In this document: positions 6,812 through 15,162 of the stretch, piece after piece
Position numbering within the stretch: position 1 is the first letter of the stretch
Layout of the letters: each line of letters begins with the position of its first letter
NCBI GenBank assembly: GCA_965195285.1
Contig: CBDAFS010000048.1
Location: 1 to 17,046 of the forward strand
Direction: 5' to 3'
Origin: an uncultured Aminicenantes bacterium
GTDB lineage: Bacteria; Acidobacteriota; Aminicenantia; UBA2199
Length of the DNA stretch: 17,046 nt
The notes under the pieces: generated by a model
The model's input: only the letters and a program-made list of their open reading frames with translations
Databases searched by the model: none
What the model was told of the DNA's origin: nothing
Made by a program: the position numbers and the translations under genes

Positions 6812-7063
6812 TTAATTACCCTTGATATTCAACAACCGGTTGATTTCATTTTTATTGAATCCAACAACCGGCCGGTTGTTGATCAGGGTTACCGGAACAC
6901 CCTGCTGGCCGGTCCGTCTTATCATATCCCGGGCTGCCTTCTCATCCCGTGTGATATCCACTTCCTTGAAGCGGATATCGTTTTTTCTAAGATACTGTTT
7001 GACCGTCCGGCACCAGGAACAGGTGGACGTAGTAAACAGTATAACACTGGGTTGGGTTTTCAT
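6812..7063 (-). CDS. Glutaredoxin-like protein (NrdH/YruB type)
   Basis: FTTSTCSWC...TGQQGVPV...VVGF, 83 aa. Confidence 0.9.
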   Translation of the reverse strand: MKTQPSVILFTTSTCSWCRTVKQYLRKNDIRFKEVDITRDEKAARDMIRRTGQQGVPVTLINNRPVVGFNKNEINRLLNIKGN

Positions 7064-7079
7064 TTTATTCTCCTATCAC

Positions 7080-7499
7080 TCAAAGAATGTTTATGGTTTT
7101 TTTGATGCTCTTGCTGAAACTTTCAATTTCTTGACGGGTGAACATCTTCTGAATTTTTTTCTCACAGCTGGCTCTCATCAGCTCAATTTGCCGTTTTATT
7201 TTTAAACCTTTTCTAGACAGGCCAATCTGACATTTTCTCCGGTCCATTGAATCAAAATTCCTGAGAATGAATCCCTTTTTGACCATTCGTTCCACGATAC
7301 GACTGGCCCGGGAAGGCGAAAGGGTCATTTTTTTTGAAAAATGTTTACTGGAAACAACCTCACCGGGATTCAGTTTCTCTATCCCGTTGAATTCCGACTG
7401 TGACAGATTGGATTCTTTCATAATTTCTGTTTCATTCTCGATACACTTGGACTTTAGCCGGGATATCAGATCCATCATTCTTTCAGTTCGATGTTCCAT
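7080..7499 (-). CDS. MarR-family transcriptional regulator
   Basis: LSPSRASRIVERMVKKGFILR...DRRK...LSRKG winged-helix pattern. Start uncertain (7514, 7499 or later). Confidence 0.88.
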   Translation of the reverse strand: MEHRTERMMDLISRLKSKCIENETEIMKESNLSQSEFNGIEKLNPGEVVSSKHFSKKMTLSPSRASRIVERMVKKGFILRNFDSMDRRKCQIGLSRKGLKIKRQIELMRASCEKKIQKMFTRQEIESFSKSIKKTINIL

Positions 7500-7521
7500 T
7501 ATGTGTATTATCAATTCATGT

Positions 7522-7836
7522 TCAAACGGAATTAATCAGGGTTTGTTCATCCTGAACACCGATAAATTTTTTTTCTACTTTACCGTCTCTGAAAATCAGC
7601 AGGGTTGGAATGCTAGCGATTTGATATTTTTGGGCCGTGGCCATATTTTCATCGACATTCAGTTTGCAGACCTTGGCTTTGTCTCCGATTTTTCCGGATA
7701 CATTTTTCAAGATGGGACCCTGTAGCCGGCAGGGCATACACCAGGGTGCCCAGAAATCCACTATTGTCACTCCATCGGATATCACCTGGTCAAAATTTTG
7801 ATCATTGATGTCTATCACACCGTTACTTTCGTTCAT
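7522..7836 (-). CDS. trxA: Thioredoxin
   Basis: VDFWAPWCMPC...KLNVDEN...SIPTLLIFRDG. AAGGAG lies upstream of ATG 7836. The longer ORF-track start at 7890 falls inside the promoter. Confidence 0.93.
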   Translation of the reverse strand: MNESNGVIDINDQNFDQVISDGVTIVDFWAPWCMPCRLQGPILKNVSGKIGDKAKVCKLNVDENMATAQKYQIASIPTLLIFRDGKVEKKFIGVQDEQTLINSV

Positions 7837-7857
7837 TTCAATCTCCTTTTCGATTTG

Positions 7858-7881
7858 ATTGCTAATAGCAATAATTGCTAT
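7858..7881. promoter_or_regulatory. Overlapping palindromes, candidate MarR operator
   Basis: ATTGCTA-A-TAGCAAT (7858-7872) and ATAGCAAT-A-ATTGCTAT (7865-7881), just downstream of the -10. Confidence 0.7.
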
Positions 7882-7888
7882 CAACAAC

Positions 7889-7916
7889 ATTATAGCAGTT
7901 ATTTTAAACTTGTCAA
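7889..7916 (-). promoter_or_regulatory. Consensus sigma70 promoter of trx-marR-grx
   Basis: TTGACA (7916-7911), 16 nt spacer, TATAAT (7894-7889) with an extended TGn. Confidence 0.85.
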
Positions 7917-7953
7917 CCCCAAAATAATTTTTTTGTAAACATAACCAATTTGG

Positions 7954-7981
7954 TTGACTTTAGAATATTATCATGTATAAT
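7954..7981 (+). promoter_or_regulatory. Divergent sigma70 promoter for the YHS gene
   Basis: TTGACT (7954-7959), 16 nt spacer, TATAAT (7976-7981). Confidence 0.72.
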
Positions 7982-8012
7982 CAATTACTATAATTTATTT
8001 AAGGAGAGTGAT

Positions 8013-8519
8013 ATGAATAAATTTTCCGTTTTTTTAGTGGTTCTGATTTTTCTGGGATCCATGCTGGTCATCCACACCGGCAACACCCTCTATGCAGACA
8101 GCAAATGTAAAACACCCTGCAAAACCAAAGTGGTGAAGTGCCCGGTCAGCGGAGAGGTGATCGCCAAGGATGCCAAGAAGATTACCACCGAATACAAGGA
8201 AAAAACCTATTACTTCTGCTGTGAAAAATGCAAAGTCGAATTTGAAAAAAATCCTGAAAAATACACAAAATCTTGTTCCCACCAGGATGTTTACTATTGT
8301 CCCAAAGACGGATGCAAGTACAAATCAGACAAAGCGGGTAAATGTCCGACATGTGGTGTTGAATTGAAAAAGCATGTGCACAAAGTTACCTATCTCTGCC
8401 CCATGAAAGAATGCAATCACAAATCCGATAAACCGGGAAAATGCCCCAAGTGCGGAATGGAATTGAAAAAAGCCAAGCTTGACAGCCACACCAAATCCAA
8501 GTGTGGCGATAAGAAATAA
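8013..8519 (+). CDS. Exported YHS-domain protein with two heavy-metal-binding-domain-like repeats
   Basis: Signal-peptide-like N-terminus; CPVSG...YKEKTYYFCCEKCKVEFEKNPEKY (YHS/TRASH); two YxCP...KxGKCPxCGxEL units. AAGGAG lies upstream of ATG 8013. Confidence 0.87.
   Translation: MNKFSVFLVVLIFLGSMLVIHTGNTLYADSKCKTPCKTKVVKCPVSGEVIAKDAKKITTEYKEKTYYFCCEKCKVEFEKNPEKYTKSCSHQDVYYCPKDGCKYKSDKAGKCPTCGVELKKHVHKVTYLCPMKECNHKSDKPGKCPKCGMELKKAKLDSHTKSKCGDKK
8292..8471 (+). repeat. Intragenic duplication, 99 bp (33 aa) period
   Basis: YYCPKDGCKYKSDKAGKCPTCGVELKK versus YLCPMKECNHKSDKPGKCPKCGMELKK. Confidence 0.85.
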
Positions 8520-8598
8520 ACCAAAAAAGAAGAAAAATAATCATTTAAATATTTAAAAAATATTTGTTTGGAGAGATAATAAATCTTATTGAATTAAT

Positions 8599-8628
8599 TT
8601 GCAATTTTATTATACCTAATTCTATAAT
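8599..8628 (+). promoter_or_regulatory. Possible promoter immediately before the ECF sigma start
   Basis: TTGCAA, 18 nt spacer, TATAAT ending 8 nt before ATG 8637. The region is very AT-rich, so a chance match is possible. Confidence 0.5.
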
Positions 8629-8636
8629 AATTATGA

Positions 8637-9179
8637 ATGCCAGAGAATAAGATCTCCATTGAAAAAATAGTAGATGACTATTATCAAAAAATCTATAAAT
8701 TATCCCTTTTTTACCTGAAAGACAAACAAGAATCAGAAGAAATAACCCAGGAAATTTTCTTAAAGGTTATAAAAAAATTATCCACTTTTAAAGGTCAGTC
8801 AAATATTTATACCTGGATTTACCGGATCGCCTCCAATACCCTAATCAACTATCTAAAGAGAAAAAAATTAGTTCGGTTTCTTTCTTTAGATAATATCTCG
8901 ATAAAGGATGAATATAAGAATAATATATCAAAAATGGATCCTGCCATTTATTTAGAAATAAATGAAACCAAAAACACCCAAATAGAACAATTGGGAAAAG
9001 CAATCAATTTATTTTCCAATAGAGAAAAAAAAGCCTTTTATTTATTTTATTACGATAACCTGAAACAAAAGGAAATTGCCAGGATCATGAAAACTTCCAA
9101 ATCCGCGGTTGAATCCCTTATACATAAAGCCAAAAAAAAACTCAAAAAAAATCTAAAAAATATTGATGAACTTATTTAA
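8637..9179 (+). CDS. ECF sigma-70 factor
   Basis: Region 2 (EEITQEIFLK...FKGQSNIYTWIYRIASN) and region 4 (LKQKEIARIMKTSKSAVESLIHKAK), 180 aa. Confidence 0.93.
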   Translation: MPENKISIEKIVDDYYQKIYKLSLFYLKDKQESEEITQEIFLKVIKKLSTFKGQSNIYTWIYRIASNTLINYLKRKKLVRFLSLDNISIKDEYKNNISKMDPAIYLEINETKNTQIEQLGKAINLFSNREKKAFYLFYYDNLKQKEIARIMKTSKSAVESLIHKAKKKLKKNLKNIDELI

Positions 9180-9191
9180 TATTATTTGAAT

Positions 9192-12100
9192 TCAAGTCTT
9201 TCTCTTTTTAAACTGAAATTCTTTTATCCAACAATAACTGACCGGGACGATGAAGAGGGTGATGAGAGCCAGGAACATCCCCCCAAATGAGGGGATAGCC
9301 ATAGGTACCATAATATCTGCACCCCTACCTGTAGAAGTTAAAACAGGTAAAAGTGCTAAAATTGTAGTGCCAGTTGTCATCAAAGCCGGTCTAATCCTGC
9401 GCAGTCCAGCCTCCACTGTTGCCTCACGTATCTCTTCCAATGTAGCGGGTGACTTTCTGGCAAACTCCTGGTCCAAGTAGGTAGCTACAATCACACCATT
9501 GTCGGAGGCAATTCCAAAGAGTGCTAAAAAACCCACCCAAACGGCAACACTGAGGTTGATGGGATGAATCTGGAAAAGATTTTGCATATTTACCCCAAAA
9601 ACTGAAAAATTGAGGAACCAGGACTGCCCATATAACCAGATCATAATAAAACCACCGGCCCAAGCAACAACAATTCCTGAGAATACAAGCATGGTGGTGG
9701 AGACATGTTTAAACTGGAAGTAGAGGATCAAAAAGATAATAAAGAGTGCCAGAGGAAGAACCACCATTAGTTTTTTTTCAGAACGGACCTGGTTTTCATA
9801 ACTGCCGGCAAAAGTATAACTGACACCGGCAGGTATCTCGAGTTCACCTGATTTTATTTTTTGTTTCAGATATTCAGAGGCATCTTCAACCACATCAACC
9901 TCGGCAAATCCGGCTTTCATGTCAAAAAGGACATACCCCACCAGAAAAGTATCTTCACTTTTAATAACCTGAGGTCCACGAACATAATTAATTTTGGCCA
10001 ACTGGGTTATGGGAATCTGAGCCCCTTTAGGCGAAGGCACCAATATTTTAGACAGAGTTTCAATATTACTGCGCAATTCCCGCATATAACGAACCCTGAC
10101 CGGATAGCGCTCCCGGCCTTTAACGATAGAGGTGATTTTTTTTCCACCAATTGCCACTTCGATTACCTGCTGGACTTTCTGCAGCATAATCCCATACCGG
10201 GCGATGGCATTTCTGTCGATTTCAATTTCCAGATAGGGTTTACCAATGATCCGGTCGGCAATAACGGCTGTCGGTTCGATAGAATGAACTTCTTTAAGTA
10301 ATTTTTCCAGTTGTAAGCCAACCTTTTCAATAGTCTCCAGGTCCGGACCTTTTATCTTGATTCCCATTGGGGCCCGCATACCGCTCTGAAGCATAACGAT
10401 CCGGGCGGCAATGGGCTGTAGTTTCGGTGCAGAAGTGGTTCCGGGTATTTTGGCTGCCTTGACAATCTCATCCCAGATATCATCGGGGGATTTGATCCCT
10501 TTCCAGGCATTTCTTCCCGGATTCAGTTCAGGATCAAGAGCAGGCCTCCACAAGCGGAACGGATAACCCGATGAATCGGGGATTAAGTTTCCGTTATTAT
10601 CCCTGATAAATTTACCTTTTATCCAATAGGGCATCCCATCTGCCGATAGTAGTGGATTCCCCTGTTCATCCCGGAAATAATCATTTTTATTCCTTTTTAA
10701 CCGGAACCGCAAACGCCTCCCTTTTTTATCGGTTAGATATTCCGGCTTGTAATTGATAACGGTTTCAATCATGGAAACCGGTGCCGGATCAAGCGGTGTA
10801 TCGGCTCTTCCCAGTTTTCCCACTGCGGTATCGATTTCAGGGATATTGGTAAAGGCCATATCCTGTTTACTTAAAACATCCAGGACTTCTCCAATTGATG
10901 CATGGGGCATGGTGGTGGGCATATAAAGGTAGGCTCCTTCATCAAGCGGTGGCATGAATTCTTTACCCAAACCCGGGAACGAATGGGAAATTGAACTGAT
11001 AATAGGTGCTTTTTTAACAAATCCCGGCAGCCAGCCAAAAAAAGTATTAAATCCCATCCATGCCATGGCACCTATTAGCAACACAGTAAGGACTACAGAA
11101 AAAAAGAGCGCTTTATGAACCAAAACCCACTTTAAGATGGGACCATAAACCCGTTGAAAAAAGGTAAAAAAGGCCAAAACACCACCAATGATAGCTGCCA
11201 CAAAAATCAGATTTAGAATCAATCCTTTTTCAGGACCCAGAGGCAGCCAGTGTTTTGACAAAAGAATGGCAACTATTAAAGCTGCCAGATAATTTACTCC
11301 TTTTTTTACCAGTTTCTGTATTTTTTCCGATACCTTCCGCTCCCATAATTGGTAGACGCCCATTATAAAAATTATCAATCCTATCCACCAGGCAATATAA
11401 AAAACGAATATAACACCAACAATTAATAAAACAATACTGAGATTTTTTTTTCTTGATCCTTTTTTACTTTTTCCTGAAAAAAGTAGATGCGCGAATGGTG
11501 GAATAATGGTAAGAGCAACAATGATTGAAGCTATCAAGGCAAAAGTCTTGGTAAAAGCCAATGGTTTAAATAACTTTCCTTCTGCTGCTACCATGGTAAA
11601 AACGGGCAAAAAACTGACCACAGTGGTAGCAACTGCCGTTACCACAGCACTTCCTACTTCACTGGTGGCGCGGAATACAACAGAGAGTCTGTTTTCATCC
11701 GGTTTTGCCTTGCCCAGATGTTTGAGAATGTTTTCAACGATTACAATGCCCATATCCACCATGGTACCGATTGCAATAGCAATACCCGATAAAGCAACAA
11801 TATTGGCATCCACACCAAAATATTTCATGGCAATAAAGGACATGAGGACGGCCAAAGGAAGTAAGCCTGATATAAGGACCGAGCTCCTCAGGTTTAACAA
11901 CATGATCAGCACCACAATAATAGTCACCAATATTTCTTCAGTTAAAGCGGTATTCAATGTTTCAAGGGTTTCATGGATCAATCCGGTGCGATCGTAAAAG
12001 GGAACAATTGTCACCTGGCTTGTTCGGCCGTCAGCCAGATTTTTTTTCGGAAGACCTGGCGAGATCTCCTCTATTTTTTTCTTAAGATTTTTTATAGCTG

Positions 12101-13085
12101 CCAATGGATTATCTCCGTAACGGACCACAACAACTCCTCCGACAACCTCTGTTCCCTCCTTATCCAGCGCCCCCCGCCGCAAAGCGGGACCAAGGCTAAC
12201 TTTCCCGATATTTTTTATATAAATAGGGACATTATTGTTTACTTTTACAACTGAGTTTTCGATATCCTCTATTTTTTTCACAAATCCAATACCCCGGATC
12301 ACGTACTCAACTTTATTGATCTCTATGGTACGGGCACCTACATCCATATTTGACATTTTTACCGCCATAAACACCTGGTCCAGGGAGACATTGTGGGCCC
12401 TCATGGCATCTGGATCGACATCCACCTGGTACTCCTGGACAAACCCCCCTACCGAAGCAACTTCACTAATCCCGTTGGCCGAGAGCAATGCATATCGAAC
12501 ATACCAGTCCTGAACAGTCCTCAATTCATGAAGGTCCCAACCACCAGTAGAATTTCCTTTTTCATCCCGTCCTTCCAGAGTATACCAGTAAATCTGTCCC
12601 AGAGCTGTGGCGTCCGGTCCGAGAATGGGTTGTACACCCTCTGGAAGTGTCCCTGCCGGCAGTGAATTAAGTTTTTCCAGAATCCGGGAACGGGACCAAT
12701 AAAAATCGATTTTTTCTTTAAAAATAACATAAATACTAGAAAACCCGAACATGGAATAACTTCTAACGGTTTTAACTCCGGGAACTCCCAGCAGTGATAC
12801 AGTTAGGGGGTAACTGATCTGATCCTCAACATCCTGGGGTGACCGACCCATCCACTTGGTAAAGACAATCTGCTGATTTTCCCCGATATCGGGAATGGCA
12901 TCAACTGGTACCGGATCCCGAGGTACTCCTCCCAGATTCCAGTCAAAGGGAGCGACCATGACTCCCCAAAAGAGGATAAGCAGAACAATAAGGGTTACCA
13001 CCAGTTTATTGTTTAGACAGAAAAGAATAATCCTGTCAAGAAGGGACTCGGGCTGTGCCGATAAGTTATTGTCTGAATTACTCAT
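9192..13085 (-). CDS. cusA: CusA/SilA-type heavy-metal RND permease (enlarged, 1297 aa)
   Basis: DAIPDIGENQ, LGPDATALG, GIAIAIGTMVD, GKLFKPLAFTK, EFMPPLDEG, RIRPALMT. Met positions equivalent to the CusA triad appear in LYMP, SMIET and IVMLQSG. Confidence 0.93.
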   Translation of the reverse strand: MSNSDNNLSAQPESLLDRIILFCLNNKLVVTLIVLLILFWGVMVAPFDWNLGGVPRDPVPVDAIPDIGENQQIVFTKWMGRSPQDVEDQISYPLTVSLLGVPGVKTVRSYSMFGFSSIYVIFKEKIDFYWSRSRILEKLNSLPAGTLPEGVQPILGPDATALGQIYWYTLEGRDEKGNSTGGWDLHELRTVQDWYVRYALLSANGISEVASVGGFVQEYQVDVDPDAMRAHNVSLDQVFMAVKMSNMDVGARTIEINKVEYVIRGIGFVKKIEDIENSVVKVNNNVPIYIKNIGKVSLGPALRRGALDKEGTEVVGGVVVVRYGDNPLAAIKNLKKKIEEISPGLPKKNLADGRTSQVTIVPFYDRTGLIHETLETLNTALTEEILVTIIVVLIMLLNLRSSVLISGLLPLAVLMSFIAMKYFGVDANIVALSGIAIAIGTMVDMGIVIVENILKHLGKAKPDENRLSVVFRATSEVGSAVVTAVATTVVSFLPVFTMVAAEGKLFKPLAFTKTFALIASIIVALTIIPPFAHLLFSGKSKKGSRKKNLSIVLLIVGVIFVFYIAWWIGLIIFIMGVYQLWERKVSEKIQKLVKKGVNYLAALIVAILLSKHWLPLGPEKGLILNLIFVAAIIGGVLAFFTFFQRVYGPILKWVLVHKALFFSVVLTVLLIGAMAWMGFNTFFGWLPGFVKKAPIISSISHSFPGLGKEFMPPLDEGAYLYMPTTMPHASIGEVLDVLSKQDMAFTNIPEIDTAVGKLGRADTPLDPAPVSMIETVINYKPEYLTDKKGRRLRFRLKRNKNDYFRDEQGNPLLSADGMPYWIKGKFIRDNNGNLIPDSSGYPFRLWRPALDPELNPGRNAWKGIKSPDDIWDEIVKAAKIPGTTSAPKLQPIAARIVMLQSGMRAPMGIKIKGPDLETIEKVGLQLEKLLKEVHSIEPTAVIADRIIGKPYLEIEIDRNAIARYGIMLQKVQQVIEVAIGGKKITSIVKGRERYPVRVRYMRELRSNIETLSKILVPSPKGAQIPITQLAKINYVRGPQVIKSEDTFLVGYVLFDMKAGFAEVDVVEDASEYLKQKIKSGELEIPAGVSYTFAGSYENQVRSEKKLMVVLPLALFIIFLILYFQFKHVSTTMLVFSGIVVAWAGGFIMIWLYGQSWFLNFSVFGVNMQNLFQIHPINLSVAVWVGFLALFGIASDNGVIVATYLDQEFARKSPATLEEIREATVEAGLRRIRPALMTTGTTILALLPVLTSTGRGADIMVPMAIPSFGGMFLALITLFIVPVSYCWIKEFQFKKRKT

Positions 13086-13100
13086 TTTCCTTTCTCCCGA

Positions 13101-15152
13101 CTATTTCTTTTTCTTATCTGCCGGAACCAATGTTTCAACCGAATCCTTACAGGTTAGCATGGCGTTTCCAAAATAAGGGTTCCGAGTTTCAGAGTTTTTT
13201 TGCAACCAGAAGGCTCCTTTATTATTGAATGCCATTGGACAGTGAAACCGATAAATTGCGGTTTCCCCACTACCAAGGGTCTTTATGGTATTGGTAATAG
13301 CTGTCGTGAGTAATTCGAATTGGACTCGGGCAGCCTCTATATCAGCTGCCTTCATCAGTTTTTGGCTGATCTCTTTTATTCTACTCTCCAGCCTCATCCA
13401 TTCCATGTGAGCCTCACCTTTGAGGAGTGTCATGTCAATATTGGCCAGTTTTGTCAATAATTTTTGGGCAGAGTCTTTGGCCTCTGAAAAATTATCCGAG
13501 CTCAACGCATGCTGAACATTAAAATAGGATTCCACCATCACATCAATGGATTTCTTAAAAAGTATTGGAATATCAAAAGATTTCTGTTTTGATGTTTCGT
13601 GTGAATCATGTTTTTGTTTTTTAGAAGGATCCTCTTGATTTCCCAGCTTTGTAGTCGATCCATGTTGGTGTGCGGGAGCTGATACACCTCCCTCCGGATT
13701 CATCATACTGGGCTTTGCCTGGATCTGAAGGTCACTATCAATTTTAAATGCGCCGTTAACCACCACCTTCTCGCCTTCTTTCAGGCCTTTTGTTACCAGA
13801 TAATAGTTACCCGCCCGGGGTCCAAGTGTAATCCTGCGCCCGGCAAAAGTTCCTTTCTTGCCAGGAACCGCCACATAGACCACTGCCCGGGTTCCGGTGA
13901 TTAAGGGTGCGGATGCGGGTATCACCAGCGGAGCTTCCTTATCTTCTTCGCTGGCGGCAATATACCCTAATTTTTCAGCTTTTACCAGGGGCATGCCGCA
14001 AACATCACACTTCCCGGGTTTGTCTTTGATAATTTCAGGATGCATCGGCGAGATCCATTTGCCGGCAAGGTCCGGATCCATCACTTTCCCGGATATGGAT
14101 AATCGCGAACGAACCACTGCTCGCACAAACATCTCCGGTTTAAGTTTACGGTTTGGATTCTTGACATTCACTCTTATTTTGACGGTCCGGGTTTTGGGAT
14201 TTAATACCGGATCAATGAAGGAAATTTTTCCTTTAAAAGTCTCTCCCGGATAGGCTTCAGTCTCAAATTCCACCATCTGTCCGTACCGTATCCAGGTGAG
14301 ATCCGATTCATAGGCATCCAGCTTTACCCAGACCTGAGAAAGATCGGCAATGGTATATATTCTGGTACCCGTTTTGACATAAATCCCTTCCACGGCAGTT
14401 TTATGAATGACAATACCCTTCATGGGAGAGTATATTGTTAAATGATCATCGGGTTTTTTCGATTTCTCAATGCCCTTGACCTGGGCTGGCGTTAATCCCC
14501 ATAAACGTAGTTTTTCACGAACTGCAAATACCGTTCTTTCTGCCGTTTTTTTAATGGTTGAATTAACACCAGTGCCCAATTTTTTTAGTGTTCTCACCGC
14601 CTGCTGAAGTTCCTGCTGAGCAGTGATCAACTCCGGGCTGTATAGATAAACCAGGTGGTCCCCCTTCCTCACTTGCGTTCCTGTATAATTGACATACAAA
14701 CGATCAATCCTTCCGGGTACCCAGGAGGTAATATACCCCAACCGGGTTTCATCATATTCTACCTTCCCTACCATACGGATTTCAGCAGCCACATAGCGGC
14801 GTTCCACAGGTTTCACCTGAATCTCTGCCAGTTTAATGGCATTGGCTGAGAGTTTTAGTACCGCTTGACCGGTATCATCCCCACTGGAGGAAGCTAAAAT
14901 TAAATCCATTCCACAGATGGGACACTTCCCCGGTTTGGGTTGTCGGATCTGGGGGTGCATGGAACAGGTCCATATCTCAGCCTTTTGTTCAGTAAATAAT
15001 GGTGATTTTTCATGGTCATGAATCGAAGGATCAGGATTTCCCCCGCTTATCAGCAATCCCACTATAACACCTGCAATAACGGCTATTATAACCGGCCACC
15101 GGTGTGACGACGTCCAAAATTTTTTTATCTTCTCCATTAATAAATTCATCAT
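13101..15152 (-). CDS. cusB: CusB-like RND adaptor with two HMBD motifs and a C-terminal DUF3347-like domain
   Basis: N-terminal TM, WTCSMHP..CPICGMDL, LYSPELITAQQE, IADLSQVWV, LKPEMF, WISPMHP..CDVCGMPL, HCPMA..WLQ..RNPYFG. GGAG lies upstream of ATGATG at 15152/15149. Confidence 0.9.
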   Translation of the reverse strand: MMNLLMEKIKKFWTSSHRWPVIIAVIAGVIVGLLISGGNPDPSIHDHEKSPLFTEQKAEIWTCSMHPQIRQPKPGKCPICGMDLILASSSGDDTGQAVLKLSANAIKLAEIQVKPVERRYVAAEIRMVGKVEYDETRLGYITSWVPGRIDRLYVNYTGTQVRKGDHLVYLYSPELITAQQELQQAVRTLKKLGTGVNSTIKKTAERTVFAVREKLRLWGLTPAQVKGIEKSKKPDDHLTIYSPMKGIVIHKTAVEGIYVKTGTRIYTIADLSQVWVKLDAYESDLTWIRYGQMVEFETEAYPGETFKGKISFIDPVLNPKTRTVKIRVNVKNPNRKLKPEMFVRAVVRSRLSISGKVMDPDLAGKWISPMHPEIIKDKPGKCDVCGMPLVKAEKLGYIAASEEDKEAPLVIPASAPLITGTRAVVYVAVPGKKGTFAGRRITLGPRAGNYYLVTKGLKEGEKVVVNGAFKIDSDLQIQAKPSMMNPEGGVSAPAHQHGSTTKLGNQEDPSKKQKHDSHETSKQKSFDIPILFKKSIDVMVESYFNVQHALSSDNFSEAKDSAQKLLTKLANIDMTLLKGEAHMEWMRLESRIKEISQKLMKAADIEAARVQFELLTTAITNTIKTLGSGETAIYRFHCPMAFNNKGAFWLQKNSETRNPYFGNAMLTCKDSVETLVPADKKKK

Positions 15153-15162
15153 TCTTCTCCAT

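Noticed and set aside
3-7725. Plus-strand ORFs (e.g. 261-857, 934-1299, 1444-1812, 2959-3327, 6822-7205, 7267-7725) and nested minus ORFs (1791-2057, 2799-3035, 3978-4223, 5578-5835, 6427-6618)
   Set aside because: They are antisense or alternate-frame shadows of well-supported genes and carry no motifs.
8520-8600. AT-only palindromes such as TTTAAATATTTAAA as a terminator or operator
   Set aside because: Expected by chance in a very AT-rich spacer, and there is no GC stem.
8637-9179. CorE-like copper-activated ECF sigma
   Set aside because: The protein has no Cys at all, so it lacks the CxC motif and Cys-rich C-terminal domain.
8034-14849. Small ORFs inside the YHS, cusA and cusB genes
   Set aside because: They are fully overlapped by recognisable genes and have no independent support.
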